Positions 10,882-23,001 of a DNA stretch of 64,000 bases are shown piece by piece. The position numbers and the translations under genes were made by a program. The number at the start of each line of letters is the position of its first letter. The stretch's first letter is position 1. The stretch comes from Octopus sinensis (Eukaryota), in contig NC_042997.1 in the NCBI RefSeq assembly GCF_006345805.1, positions 210,738,001 to 210,802,000 on the forward strand, in the 5' to 3' direction. The notes beneath the pieces were generated by a model. That model did not search any database and had not been told where the DNA came from. It saw only the letters and a program-made list of their open reading frames with translations.

Positions 10882-11263
10882 GGAGCACTCCGTCGGTTGC
10901 GACGATGAGGGTCCCAGCTGATACGATCAACGGAACAGCTTGCTCTGGAAATTAACGTGCAAGTGGCTGAGCACTCCACAGACACGTGTACCCTTAACGT
11001 AGTTCTCGAGGAGATTCAGCGTGACACAGCGTGACACAAGGCTGGCCCTTTGTGAATTACAGGTACAAGAGAAACAGGAAGAAAGAGCGAGAGAAAGTTG
11101 TGGTGAAAGAGTACAGCAGGGATCACCACCACCCCCTGCCGGAGCCTCGTGGAGCTTTAGGTGTTTTCGCTCAATACACACTCACAATGCCCGGTCTGGG
11201 AATCGAAACCGCGATCCTCCGACCGCGAGTCCGCTGCCCTAACCACTGGGCCATTGCGCCTCC
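10882..11263 (-). mobile_element. SINE family C, full copy
   Basis: Head TGGAGGCGCAATGGCCCAGTGGTTAGG (A box), GGTTTCGATTCC (B box), tail ACCGACGGAGTGCTCC. Confidence 0.9.
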
Positions 11264-11856
11264 ACTCATATATGATTACTGCAGTATCAAAACTAGGTAT
11301 GGTTTCTTGTATTCTTTAGTCGCTATCGGTATAATTTGTAGCTTAGCTAACTTATACCTGGAGTTCAATTACCTCTGGTCTTTATTTGGTTAAAAGCGTC
11401 AACTTGAAACTACGTGTGTGCACTTATTTTATAAGTGCACACACAAAATTATGAGTTTAAATATAATAGAGAATAAAAGGAAAAAAAATCTATCGGCTGC
11501 ATCCGTAGAGTTTAAAAAAGACTAAACTGAAAAGATTGAATAAAGTACGATTCAATGCACATATATAGATGGTAGCACAAAAGTTTAACGAAAGTCCTTA
11601 AAAAATACGAAAATTTAGATTAAGTTATAAATTCATAAAATCGAGATAAAATAAATTGAAAACAAAATAAGATTAAATAAGTTCGCTTGTATGCACAAAC
11701 ATAGATGGAAGACAAACGTTTGATGAAAATTCTTTAAAAATTAGGAAATATAGGATGAGTTATAAGTTTATAAAATCGAGAAAAAAAAGCAATAAGAAAT
11801 TATTGCTGTGAAAATATAGAACTACATCAATACATCCATCCACATATATATATATA

Positions 11857-12105
11857 CAGGGTCAGGCAAAAATGATCTGACACATTTGTAGGTTAAATAA
11901 AAGGCATTGTTTTTCGTTTCTTTTTCAGTTGCTGCCATGAATTGGACTGGTGAGCATCGCGCTTTCATTGTGGAAACGTTTATCAAAACAAACGATCTGT
12001 AACTGCAACACAAAGAGCGTTTCCGTTTGCATTTCAACCTTGGTAGACATGATCCCGTACCAGCTCGAAACACGATCTTGTTATGGGTTACCAACTTCAG
12101 AGCTC
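11857..12105 (+). mobile_element. Tc1/mariner-superfamily transposon 5' fragment (DUF4817-like HTH)
   Basis: TA|CAGGGTCAGGCAAAAATG TIR-like start. ATG at 11937 gives MNWTGEHRAFIVETFIKT...(frameshift)...QRAFRLHFNLGRHDPVPARNTILLWVTNFRA. Confidence 0.75.
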
Positions 12106-12679
12106 CTCCCCCTCCTTTCCTACCCCCTCCTCTTCACTTCTCCTTCCTTCTCCCCCCTCTCACCCTCACCTCCCCCTTCCCCCTCCTTCCTCCCCCTCAT
12201 CTCATCTCCTCTCCCCCATCTCTCCTCCCCTCTATCCCCTCCCCCCCATCTCTCTTCCCTCCTCCCACTCTCTCTCTTCTCTCCCCCTTTCCACTCTCCC
12301 ACAACCCCTACTCTATACCCGAACCCCCAGCCGAACCCACACCGCACATGGGCTTTTCCCCACCTCCCCCACAACATCACACCACACTACACTGCACTAC
12401 ACCATACGACACTACACTACAACCATATGACATACACATCAATCATACATACATACACACGTCCACCCTTTCATACGACACATACATACTCTCTCATGCA
12501 CCACAAGCACCCTTATGTTGGGGCGAGGTCATTTGACCCTGTTATCTTCCCTACTATCCCTCTTGCGTCTAACGTCTGATCTCTGACTTCTGGCCGAAAT
12601 CAGACCGCCATGTTGAATCGTTAACTCCTTCACGCATTTTTTTCTCTCCTTGTTTCTCTCCGTGTTTCTTTTCTGTGTA

Positions 12680-12717
12680 TCTTTCTGTTGAAGAGCGTAG
12701 GCTCGAAACGTAAAAGA
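12680..12717 (+). ncRNA. Hammerhead-like motif, A6U core variant, in a putative Penelope-type pLTR
   Basis: TCTTT-CTGTTGA-A-GAGC(gtag)GCTC-GAAA-CG-TA-AAAGA: stem I 5 bp, palindromic stem III ACGT, GUA triplet. Confidence 0.45.
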
Positions 12718-12848
12718 CTTGTTCTATTTATATTCTTGAGCGCCATACTAATACAATTGTTTGGTTGTACTCCACCTGCCTTCGTCTTTTGTTTATTTCG
12801 TAAAGCTTCCCGTTATATATATATATTATATATATATATATATTATAT

Positions 12849-12890
<42 letters not shown>

Positions 12891-13223
12891 CATGCGAATG
12901 TTTGTGTATATAGAACCACGTAATCCTTGCTTAATGTATTAATCTCTGGATATTGTGGCAGGGATGAATACCTTGTTAATCAAGTTTAATGATCAAAGAG
13001 AACAATTACAGTTAATCCTAGAAATAAAAAAAAATACAAATTTGAAAATCTTGGAAAGAATTTATTTTCAGAGAAAGTAAAAAAAGAAAGAAAACTTGAC
13101 CCGAGTCACTGGAAAGAGATTTGCATTTTTTGCTTGTCCTCCGAATCTGCTGAAAATACTTTTAATTGGGTTAAAACCAAAAGGAACTTGTGCCAATAGT
13201 GAGAGCCATATTGAGATATCTGT

Positions 13224-13555
13224 GGAGGCGCAATGGTCCAGTGGTTAGGGCAGCGGACTCGCGGTCGTAGGATCGCGGTTTCGATTCCCAGACTGGGCGT
13301 TGTGAGTGTTTATTGAGCGAAAACACCTAAAGCTCCACGAGGCTCCGGCAGGGATGGTGGTGATCCCTGCTGTACTCTTTCACCACAACTTTCTCTCACT
13401 CTTATTCCTGTTTCTGTTTGTACCGTATTTCAAAGGGCCAGCCTTGTCACTCTCTGTGTCACGCTAATATCCCCGAGAACTACGTTAAGGGTACACGTGT
13501 CTGTGGAGTGCTCAGCCACTTACACTTAATTCACGAACAGGATGTTTCCGTTGAT
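13224..13555 (+). mobile_element. SINE family C, truncated by assembly gap
   Basis: Family C head and body up to the N run. Confidence 0.9.
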
Positions 13556-13655
13556 NNNNNNNNNNNNNNNNNNNNNNNNNNNNNNNNNNNNNNNNNNNNN
13601 NNNNNNNNNNNNNNNNNNNNNNNNNNNNNNNNNNNNNNNNNNNNNNNNNNNNNNN
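13556..13655. other. Assembly gap (100 N)
   Basis: Run of exactly 100 N. Confidence 1.
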
Positions 13656-13718
13656 GACTGAACCCGGAAGCATGTGGTTGGTTAGCAAGCTACTTACCAC
13701 ACAGCCACTCCTGCGCCT
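13656..13718 (-). mobile_element. SINE family B head
   Basis: GACTGAACCCGG...CACAGCCACTCCTGCGCC. Confidence 0.8.
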
Positions 13719-14178
13719 ATGTTCACAGTTGATAAAATTCCTTCTTTCCTTTGTTGGCCGCGAATCCATCGCCTTAACATTTGTTTCTATTTTCGGTCAT
13801 TACGTTTATTTTTATTGTTATCAAATTGTTTTATGTGTCAAATCTTGATGTACAGAATCTGCGTGGAAGCCAATCGGATGGACTTTATCCTCCTTTGGAG
13901 AAGCTATTCTCGTCACCTGCAGAAACATGTTGACCCTGTCTTAGGTTTATGTTAAGGACAAGGGAACAGTGGAATATTGACACAGGAATACAAGACAAGT
14001 GACGACTGTAATTCAAGGACATAGGCGTGTCAAATGCACACCACACACCACACACACACACACATAGAGACACCCACACATCGTTGCTATTATGCAAAAG
14101 TGTCATAAGTCCAAAACGTTGCTCTTTCAGAAAACGAAAAAATAGTTTCACCATTTCATAGCAAAACTGTTGTACTGC

Positions 14179-14611
14179 AAAGTGATAGCATGTTGCCAAC
14201 TTAATGTGACAATCGCATGAAAGGGAAGAATGTTACTGTTATTTAGCCCTAGGAAACACCGTTCCTGTTTGACACATTTCCTGTGTCCTTGTGTTTTCTA
14301 AGTGGAGAATATATTATTTCTATTTTCAAAACTCAGTGAATGTATTTCACTTGAAATATGTTTTCAAAGGCGGATAGGCATCGACATCTGGCAAACCATG
14401 CTACTCCAGACTGATGAAGAGCAATGACTCTGAAACTAGTCTCTGGATGCTGGCTTTGCTGGGTGGAGGTGCTTATCTCCCCCTTTTAAACATAAGGACA
14501 CAGGAAATGTGTCAAGTCCAACAGGAAATGGTGCTTCCCAGGGTTAAATAACAGTAGTATTCTTCCCTTTCATGGGACTGTCACATTAAGTTGACAACAT
14601 GCTATCACTTT
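14179..14611. mobile_element. Inverted-repeat element (~130-bp diverged arms) enclosing a hammerhead; Penelope-type pLTR footprint
   Basis: AAAGTGATAGCATGTTGCCAACTTAATGTGAC... on the left and ...GTCACATTAAGTTGACAACATGCTATCACTTT on the right. Confidence 0.7.
14405..14447 (+). ncRNA. Minimal type-I hammerhead ribozyme (canonical core)
   Basis: TCCAGA-CTGATGA-AGAG(caatga)CTCT-GAAA-CTAG-TC-TCTGGA: 6-bp stem I, exact CUGAUGA/GAAA core, 4-bp stem II, palindromic stem III ACTAGT, GUC cleavage triplet. Confidence 0.8.
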
Positions 14612-14914
14612 ATCGTGCTGCTACTGCATAAATCTCTCTGAGAGATTTAGAAATGTATTATTTCTGTTGTACTACACTTTTGACAATCTTTGATATTTTG
14701 GCATCTGAAGCAGCTGGAGATAAGACAGTTTGACCAAAAGAACTGGGTGTTGCTAATAAAAATAATTATTGAAAAGAAAATAGCAACGATATGTATATAT
14801 GTGTGTTGTACCCATATATGCGTGTATATATACATGTAGAGGTAGGTAGGTACGTACATATATGTATGTATATATGCATATGTTTTATTTATTAATTTAT
14901 TACATACATACATA

Positions 14915-15530
14915 AAACTTAGATATGTTTCGACCAAAGATTGGTCCAGGCCATGTCTAACTTAATAGCACCACCTGAAAAGATTATTCGAATCCTGTTT
15001 AAGTCAAGTTTTGTTTGAGTCAAGTTTTGTTCAAGTAGTGAGTTCTTGTTGGGTGAGTTGTATCCAATTATGGGTGGCTTATCTGGTATTCTTTGAAGGA
15101 ATCTATCCAGACTCCGTTTAAAGTTGATGGGATCCTTTTCCTCTTTGATCTCCCTCGGGACAATGTTAAATAGGGCAGGGCATGTTGAGGAAAAGAAATT
15201 ATATATATACACACAGTCAGTGACTAATCTAGCAACCCTATTAAGGGTGCTTCTTAAGAGTCTGATTTTGGACACATTGCAGCATTCAAAAAACAAGACC
15301 CTCTGAGGGAGGAATGAACTCGTGAGAGACAACAGCCATCCGCTTGTGAGCAAATACGCATTGTTCAAATCCCTTTGGTGGTTAAACGCTAAGAAGAGAA
15401 GGCACACTCTGACATCAGACCTGCTGTCGATGGAGCTTTCAGTCTTATTACAATGCTTGCCACTGGATTCCAGTTTCCGATACGTGTTGTACAAGCGCAT
15501 GTCATTTTAACCTAATGACGTACAGATGTC
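14915..15530 (-). mobile_element. CR1/L2-clade LINE 3' fragment
   Basis: ORF 14919..15500(-) includes PALFNIVPREIKEEKDPINFKRSLDRFLQRIPDKPPIIGYNSPNKNSLLE, typical of CR1/L2-like ORF2 ends. Confidence 0.7.
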
Positions 15531-15580
15531 CTATTCCATCTGGTTCATCTACTCTCTGTTTCTCTCTCTCTCTCACCCTA

Positions 15581-15619
<39 letters not shown>

Positions 15620-15799
15620 GTCCTGTGGGGATGGAGGAGTGGTGCGTCCCGGAGCACACAGACGTAATGAAGATTATCGGGATGATACAGAGTGACTGGG
15701 ACGACCACCATGTGTCTAGATGAAGCAACCCTATCCCACTTCCTTCTCCTTCACCTCCTCATCATCATCATCATCTCCCAATTATTTCTGGGTGTATGT

Positions 15800-16015
15800 A
15801 TATATAATAATATATATATATGATATGTTTATTCATACATGCAGACATACATCAGACATAATACATATATAATACAACATACAGACATACATACATATAT
15901 ATGTATATATATTATATATATATATATATTGTTATACTACATGCATACTGCATACATATATATTATAATATATATATATATATGGTTATACATACATGCA
16001 TACATACATACGTAT

Positions 16016-16103
<88 letters not shown>

Positions 16104-16185
16104 GCACCTTTAAAATTTCAAGGCGGCACAGCATGGATGCAGTTTAATGACTGAAACAAGTAAAAGAATATATACGTATATATGC

Positions 16186-16230
<45 letters not shown>
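15800..16230. repeat. Compound (TA)n/(TACA)n microsatellite block
   Basis: Directly visible. Confidence 0.9.
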
Positions 16231-16237
<7 letters not shown>

Positions 16238-17794
16238 GTGCGCGTGTGTGCGCGTACACGCACGCACAAATACACACAAGTATTATATTTACCATTGCAA
16301 CCAAGGATGAATTATTACGGAGTTTTAGGAAATAGATTGTCTGGCGTGGAATTGCAGATTCCAAATTCTCTCAGAACCTGCAGCTACGTCAACCCAAACA
16401 CATTCATAACCAAAATATGTCTAAAAGTGTTTATATAAACTGAATTTAATAAAATTTAGTCAATAGACATTAGTGTTTCCTTATTTTTATTGCTATTCAT
16501 GAATTACTTAGACTGAATTTAATCTAATTTTCTATGAAATTTAATCAATAACAGTCTCAACACAACGTAATGCATTCTGGGAGTTTCTTTATAAACTATT
16601 GAGATATAAGTGAAGTAAGAGCGACGAAACATATATAGCGATAGTGTTGAGTTTGTTTTTAGCCTGGCTGAAATGGAAGGATGTGTTTAAGGTGAATACA
16701 ATAGTATTAATGGAGATTAGCGATTCCTGAAGAATGAAGAGTCTCCACTGGGAAGGAAGGAGTGTGTTTCATTGTTTATTGTAGAATCTGGAAACAGAGA
16801 CAATGGAATGGAAAGAATAGATCGTTGTAATAAGGAAGGCCGCAGGAATTGGTTTAATCTGAAGTTTGAAGGAGAAACAATAGCCTACAATGCAAAAGAA
16901 AGAAAAAAATACTCTTTTTTCTTTAATGGTGTCAATGACTGCAGTTTGTTCATTATGGAACGTTTACTAATCAAATATTTAGCTTTTGGGGGTCTGGAAT
17001 TTTGTGGTTGTCCTCGGGTATATCAAAGAGATGTACTCTAAAACAGACTCAGGAGCAGATGTTGTCAAAAAGTGAGAATCAAAGCGAACATTTTCATTTT
17101 TTGTCCTTAAACTTGCGTGACAAGTAAGATTTTTTTATCCTTTACACCTTTCGGTCGTTAGACTCCGGCCACACTGGGGCACGGTCTTGCAGAATTTTGG
17201 TCGAAGGAATCGACTCAAGAACTTTGCTTTTTTGTTTGTTTGTTTTTTGAGAGCCTGGTATTTATTCCGCCGGTCCGCTAAACTACAAGGACGTAAACAT
17301 ACCGGAACCGGTTGTCAAGCGTGGCGCGGCTGCACAAACACAGACACTCTCACACACACACACAACCTAAGCGCATCATATGTAGACATCCCATCTTAAG
17401 CTGCCTCCGACATTTTCTATTCAAAGGATTTTAAACCCAATATTTTAAAATTTATAACTGCAAAAAGTGTGTGTGCGTGTGTGTATGTATGTGTGTGTAT
17501 GTGTGTGCATGTGTGTGTGTGTGTGTGGTGTGTGTGTGTGTGTGTGTGTGTGCACGTTTGAGCGTGAGTTTGGTTTTTGTATTTGCGCTTGTTCGCACCG
17601 TTGCTTGACAGACAACATTTGTTTGTTTACGTCACCGTAACTTAGCAGTTCGTCTGATAGATAAATAACAGACATAAAAAAATTGCTGGTCTTGATTTTT
17701 CAGCTAAATCCTCCAAGGCGGTGCTCCAGTATGGCTGCAGACTGAAAGAAATAAGAAATAAAAGATAAAAGATAAAGATATATACGTGTGTGTG

Positions 17795-17832
<38 letters not shown>

Positions 17833-18099
17833 TCTTCAACAGGAATAGTAGTGACAGTGACTCGAATGTTTCGGCTGGTTAAGCCATCATCGGACTGTTT
17901 GATGACGATTTGCCGGGCGAAACTTCGAAGTTACTGTCAATACTATTCTTGTCAAAGGATAATAAATTTGTAATCTACTAAATATTATAAACAGTGTGAA
18001 ATTGTTTATAACATAAAAACAAGCATTAATACATACATAAATAAATAATTAATATATATAAATATATATAATATATATATATATAGATAGATAGATGTA

Positions 18100-19115
18100 G
18101 TGCCGGAAAGTGTAGCATTGTACGGTTGGCAGTGAGCTCCCCAAGAAGTACTCTAATGATCTATGCAGCCCCAAAACAGTGGGGCTCTCTTACCTCAGAG
18201 AAGACATGGATGAAAAGCACTCAGCATACAAAAAGACCATGCATGGGTATGCTGCCCGGAAACTTGAAGAAGACAGTAGAATCGATATGAAGCGCAGCCT
18301 CTCTTGGACACATGATACTACATCACATCACACTTTGAAGGCTATGCGTTTGCAATCCAGGAACTGGAGATTACCACAAAGTACCTGGTGAACAAGAGAG
18401 ACAGTGACGCTCTTGTAATCCCAGGGTGCAACCGCATGTGTAGGCCACGTCATGTTTCTGTGGAAGACATCACGCATGTGATTAGCAGCTGTCGTAAAAT
18501 GTTGTCACGGTACTACCTCCCAATGCGGCACGATGTTGTTGCTAAAACAACTTACAATACCATCTGCAAAAAAGACTGCACTTAAATAAACTTTAAAAAT
18601 TTCTCTGTTATGGAATACATTCATAAACACCAACTCAAAGAATGCTGTTGGAATATTCCCATCAAAACTTCTGTTAAACGTAAGCACGATAGGCCGGATA
18701 TTGTGGTTTGAGACAGAGGGGCAAAGGTATGTACCATCATAGAGGTCAGCTGCCCTGCAGATATAAATATCTTTTTGAACTTCACAGAAAAAGAGGATAT
18801 CTATGGATAACTGGTTCGAAACCTCCTGCTTCTATATCCAGACTATAAATTCATATACATACCAATAATAATTGGAGTGCTAGGTTTTGTTAGTAAATGC
18901 TTAAAGGAGAATCTGGATAAACTGGGATTTTCAGAAAGAGAAACTGACCGGTTGATTCGTACGTTACAAGTGTAATCTGTGAGTGGAACAGTAAAAATAT
19001 GCAAAACTTTTCTCAAGTTCCAAATGGGAATTTGTTCGTGTTAACTACATTCCTAAGATGTAGTCTTGTATCTTTGTTAGAAACCGGCTCCCTCCTCAGT
19101 GGAAGATTTATGATA
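18100..19115 (+). mobile_element. RLE non-LTR retrotransposon (R4/Dong- or NeSL-like) 3' part, decayed
   Basis: Zinc-knuckle-like CR..HVSVEDITHVISSC..MLSRYYLPMRHDVV, then RPDIVV*DRGAKVCTIIEVSCPADIN...IPIIIGVLGFV (PD..E endonuclease). Confidence 0.8.
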
Positions 19116-19202
19116 ATTAAAAAATAGAAGAAACATACATACATTATCTATTGTATACACACGTTAATTTAAGGAATCTTGAAATAAAACTCATCAATGA
19201 CA

Positions 19203-19234
<32 letters not shown>

Positions 19235-19968
19235 CATACATACATAACATACATACATACATATACAAAAATGTCTCGTTGCTAGTTCAAATGTGCTTAA
19301 GGCACATTCAAGCCCATATAACAGTCATTCAGTTTATTTTGTGATGGCGAAAATTGCTTTCTGTAGACAGAAAGGTATAAACACGCCGAGTCAATTCACA
19401 GTGCACCCTAACCAGACTGTGGGATGCATGCATTTCGGAGTGGTTATCTCTTCTTCATCAGCAGAGATAGGAAAAGCAGACTAGAAACTGAGACGAGAGA
19501 CAGGTCCCTCAATAATACAACAGTCCCTCTCACACTCCATCAGATTTAGAATAATACACTGCTTTGTTTTATACTGTCATGTGACAGATAAGTGCAATAG
19601 GAAATATGACATACCTACAATAATTATAATTCAACGTTTAGAAAATTTCTCGGTGTTTATGTAAAATGATGGAACGAACAATAATTTTCAAAATAAAAAT
19701 TATTACCTTACAATTAAATTATCTTAGAAAAAATATCACCTTAGAATTAAATAAAACAAACTTCTCATTTCTATAATTCCTTCCATATCTACTATTATTT
19801 ACCTCCCTTCCTGTTCCTGCTCCGCCTCCTCCTTCTCCTCCTGCCCATGCTCCTCCTCTGTCTATGATTCTTTATTTGTGTGTTGCGTTCTTTTACTTAC
19901 TGACTGCCACCAAGCCTATTATGTGCACTCATCCCTTACCTCTTATATTTACTCACTCTGTATCTCAC

Positions 19969-20017
<49 letters not shown>

Positions 20018-20802
20018 CCTCCCTCTACACGATGTAAAGCGCGACTGTTCGCTATCACCAAACCGACCAACCAACCAACCAACCAAACTACATTTTATAC
20101 CATCCATTCCTATTATATTCTTGTCCAGAAATCTCTGGCCGAAGGTTTTTCTGAAGGACACATAATCGTGTTTGTGGTGAGTTTATAACCTCTGTCGTTT
20201 TACCCATCACAGAAGCCAGCATCTATAGACTTGGCGGTAAAAACCTAGAATAATAATGGTCTTTGGGGGTTGAGTGGAACTAGATTGATTTCCAAAATGC
20301 CTTATTTATTTGTTTGGTGATAATTGTTGAATCATTATCAACTTCTTCCTGTCGTTTCACACTGCTATATTGATTTGTGTTGTGTGAAGTATCATAAATT
20401 TATGGCTTGGCATGAATGCAAATAGACATTTCGTTTTCCTTCGTGTTGGTCGAATTAGGAAAAGTGAAGTTATCATTAAAATCACAAGAGATTTCTAAAG
20501 CAGAGTTTAATCTTCAAGTATTCTGGATTTACCATTCCCAGACAAAAGAGTCATTGAAACTGCTCGAACCGTCTAGTTTACTGGATCTTCATGACTCCAG
20601 CTAAGATAAAACCTTTTACTATAATGAACAATTTGTAATTTTTATTACATTGTTATCCTCCTGCTATTCTAGCCGAGGTAACATTTAATTGTGGATTATA
20701 AACAACGTCTTGCCTCTAACAATAAGCTTATACAAACTGCGTTACTACACCGAACAACTAACGATAGGTAGATATAACTGTTTTAATATACATTATAACA
20801 AG

Positions 20803-21285
20803 GGCGGCAGGAGCTGGCAGAAGCGTTAGCACGCCGGGCGAAATGCGTAGCCGTATTTCGTCTGCCGTTACGTTCTGAGTTCAAATTCCGCCGAGATCGA
20901 CTTAGCCTTTCATCCTTTCGAGGTCGATTAAATAAGTACCAGTTACGCACTGAGGTCGATGTAATCGACTTAATCCGTTTGTCTGTCCTTGTTTGTCCTT
21001 CCTGTATTTAGCCCCTTGTGGGTAGTAAAGAAATAGGTATTTCGTCTGCCGTTATGCTCTGAGCTTAAATTCCGCCGAGGTCGACTTAGCCTTTCATCCT
21101 TTCGAGGTCGATTAAATAAGTACCAGTTACGCACTGGGGTCGATGTAATCGACTTAATCCCTTTGTCTGTCCTTGTTTGTCCTCCCTGTATTTAGCCCTT
21201 TGTGGGTAGTAAAGAAATAGGTATTTCGTCTGTCTTTGTGTTCTGAGCTCAAATTCCGCTGAGGTCGACTTTGCCTTTCATCCTT
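20803..21285 (+). mobile_element. SINE family A head-to-tail trimer (one full, one 5'-truncated, one partial)
   Basis: Junctions AAGAAATAGG|TATTTCGTCTG at ~21037 and ~21221. Confidence 0.9.
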
Positions 21286-21414
21286 AAAAAATGTTAGGTA
21301 CAAAAAAGTGGTGTGTCTTTAAGTGACGAAAAAAGGGGATCATTTTAACAAATTAAAATGTTTTTGTCATATTAAGTTATTTAGCATTTTAAAAGATAGC
21401 ATCTGATGTTATGA

Positions 21415-21476
21415 GTGGCTTAGCTTAATGGTAGAGAGCCTTTAAGCGGAGTTTGAGAGGAACGGGTTTCGATACT
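21415..21476 (+). mobile_element. Isolated tRNA-like head (different SINE or tRNA pseudogene)
   Basis: TAGCTTAATGGTAGAG (A box) and GGGTTTCGATAC (B-box-like). Stems poorly supported. Confidence 0.4.
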
Positions 21477-21769
21477 CTGTAGCGGCTTGCTGGCCACCTT
21501 TCTTCCGTTTCCTAAAGGTATTTAACCTATCTTCTAAGCTGTTTTCACTACTATTCTGTGTTCGGGGTTTACATGTAAGGGCTTTATGGGGAGAATCTAA
21601 CAGGGGAAACCTTGTCAAAAAATGTTTGCTACAAAAAAGTTGTGTGACGGAAAAAGGGATAATTTTAAGAAATCAAAAGAGAAAAGTGATATTATTTGAA
21701 CACAAATGAAAGAGTCCATCGAGAAGAATATTTTGGAGAAAATCCCGTCTAAAAATATTCTTTTCTACA

Positions 21770-22075
21770 CTAGTCACAAGACCCGAAATTTTGGGGGAGG
21801 AGGCAGTCGATTAGATCGACCCCAGCACGCAACTGGTACTTAATTTATCGACCCCGAAAGGATAAAAGACAAAGTCAACCTTGGCGGAATTTAAGCCCAG
21901 AACGTAAAAACAGACGAAATACCTATTTCTTTACAACCCACAAGGGGCTAAACACAGAGGGGACAAACAAGGACAGACAAACGGATTAAGTCGATTACAT
22001 CGACCCCAGTGTGTAACTGGTACTTAATTTAGCACTTCGCCCGGCGTGCTAACGTTTCTGCCAGCTCGCCGCCTT
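21770..22075 (-). mobile_element. SINE family A dimer with internal deletion and alternative tail
   Basis: Junction GACGAAATACC|TATTTCTTTAC. The distal copy ends in a CCCGAAATTTTGGGG variant tail. Confidence 0.8.
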
Positions 22076-22254
22076 AAAAACATTTCTGAAATTGTTCATT
22101 AAATAGCGCGTGCATCTTTCTGTTTTTTTTCTTTTCTCGTTTTATTGTAATTAAAAAAAAATTACGTTAATATTTTTAATTTAAAATTTTCTTTGCATTA
22201 AACAAAATCATTTCCGTATTACTTTATGTTTTGGGTGTTTCGTGGGTGTTTTTG

Positions 22255-22286
<32 letters not shown>

Positions 22287-22616
22287 GGTGGTGGTTTTGG
22301 TGGTAGTAGTGGTGGTGTAGTTGTGAAAGTGTTGGTGGTGTGGTGTTTGACAATTTCAAGGGCTCCGTCGTATTCCCACCTCCAACCTGTGTTTTTCTTT
22401 TATTGGGACAACGCTTTTACTTTTTGCTTTCCCGACTCGCGACGAGGATCCATCATCCTGGTGAGTCTTTCGACTTGGCCTCATCCCAGTTGAAGAAGTC
22501 TGTGACTGAGGATTGAGGTATGCCAACCTGATTCTAGCTCTGTGTTCTGGAGGAGTGGCATGCGAAGGGGTTCTTTACTAAGCGATTCACTCCTTCACGG
22601 TTGTAATGTTGGAGTG

Positions 22617-23001
22617 TGGAGGCACAATGGCCCAGTGGTTAGGGCAGTGGACTCGCGGTCATAGAATCGCGGTTTCGATTCCCAGACCGGGCGTTGTGAG
22701 TGTTTATTGAGCGAAAACACCTAAAGCTCCACGAAGCTCCGGCAGGGATGGTGGTGATCCCTGCTGTACTCTTTCACCACAACTTTCTCTCACCCTTACT
22801 TCCTGTTTCTGTTGTACCTGTATTTCAAGGGGCCGGCCTTGTCACTCTCTGTGTCACGCTGAATATCCCCGAGAACTACGTTAAGGGTACACAATGTGTC
22901 TGTGGAGTGCTCAGCCACTTACACGTTAATTTCACGAGCAGACTGTTCCGTTGATTCGGATCAACCGGAACCCTCATCGTCGTAACCGACGGAGTGCTTC
23001 C
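22617..23001 (+). mobile_element. SINE family C, full copy
   Basis: Full-length match. Confidence 0.9.

Noticed and set aside
11950-12579. 209-aa Pro/Ser-rich ORF
   Set aside because: It is an out-of-frame transposon fragment plus a C/T-rich low-complexity tract lacking stops.
13224-13295. SINE heads as genuine tRNA genes
   Set aside because: They have A/B boxes but continue into SINE bodies, lack full cloverleaf pairing and are present in many diverged copies.
13500-13720. Apparent SINE C/SINE B chimera
   Set aside because: The two halves are separated by a 100-N gap, so adjacency is unverified.
13860-13945. Candidate exons here and at ~10790-10840, ~34710-34820 and ~46980-47000
   Set aside because: Splice-like signals are present but there is no recognisable protein or consistent strand and frame, so they cannot be supported without RNA data.
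22230-22385. Poly-His/poly-Gln peptide on the minus strand resembling a transcription factor tail
   Set aside because: An in-frame stop lies shortly upstream and there is no good acceptor. Explained by (GGT)/(GTT) microsatellites.
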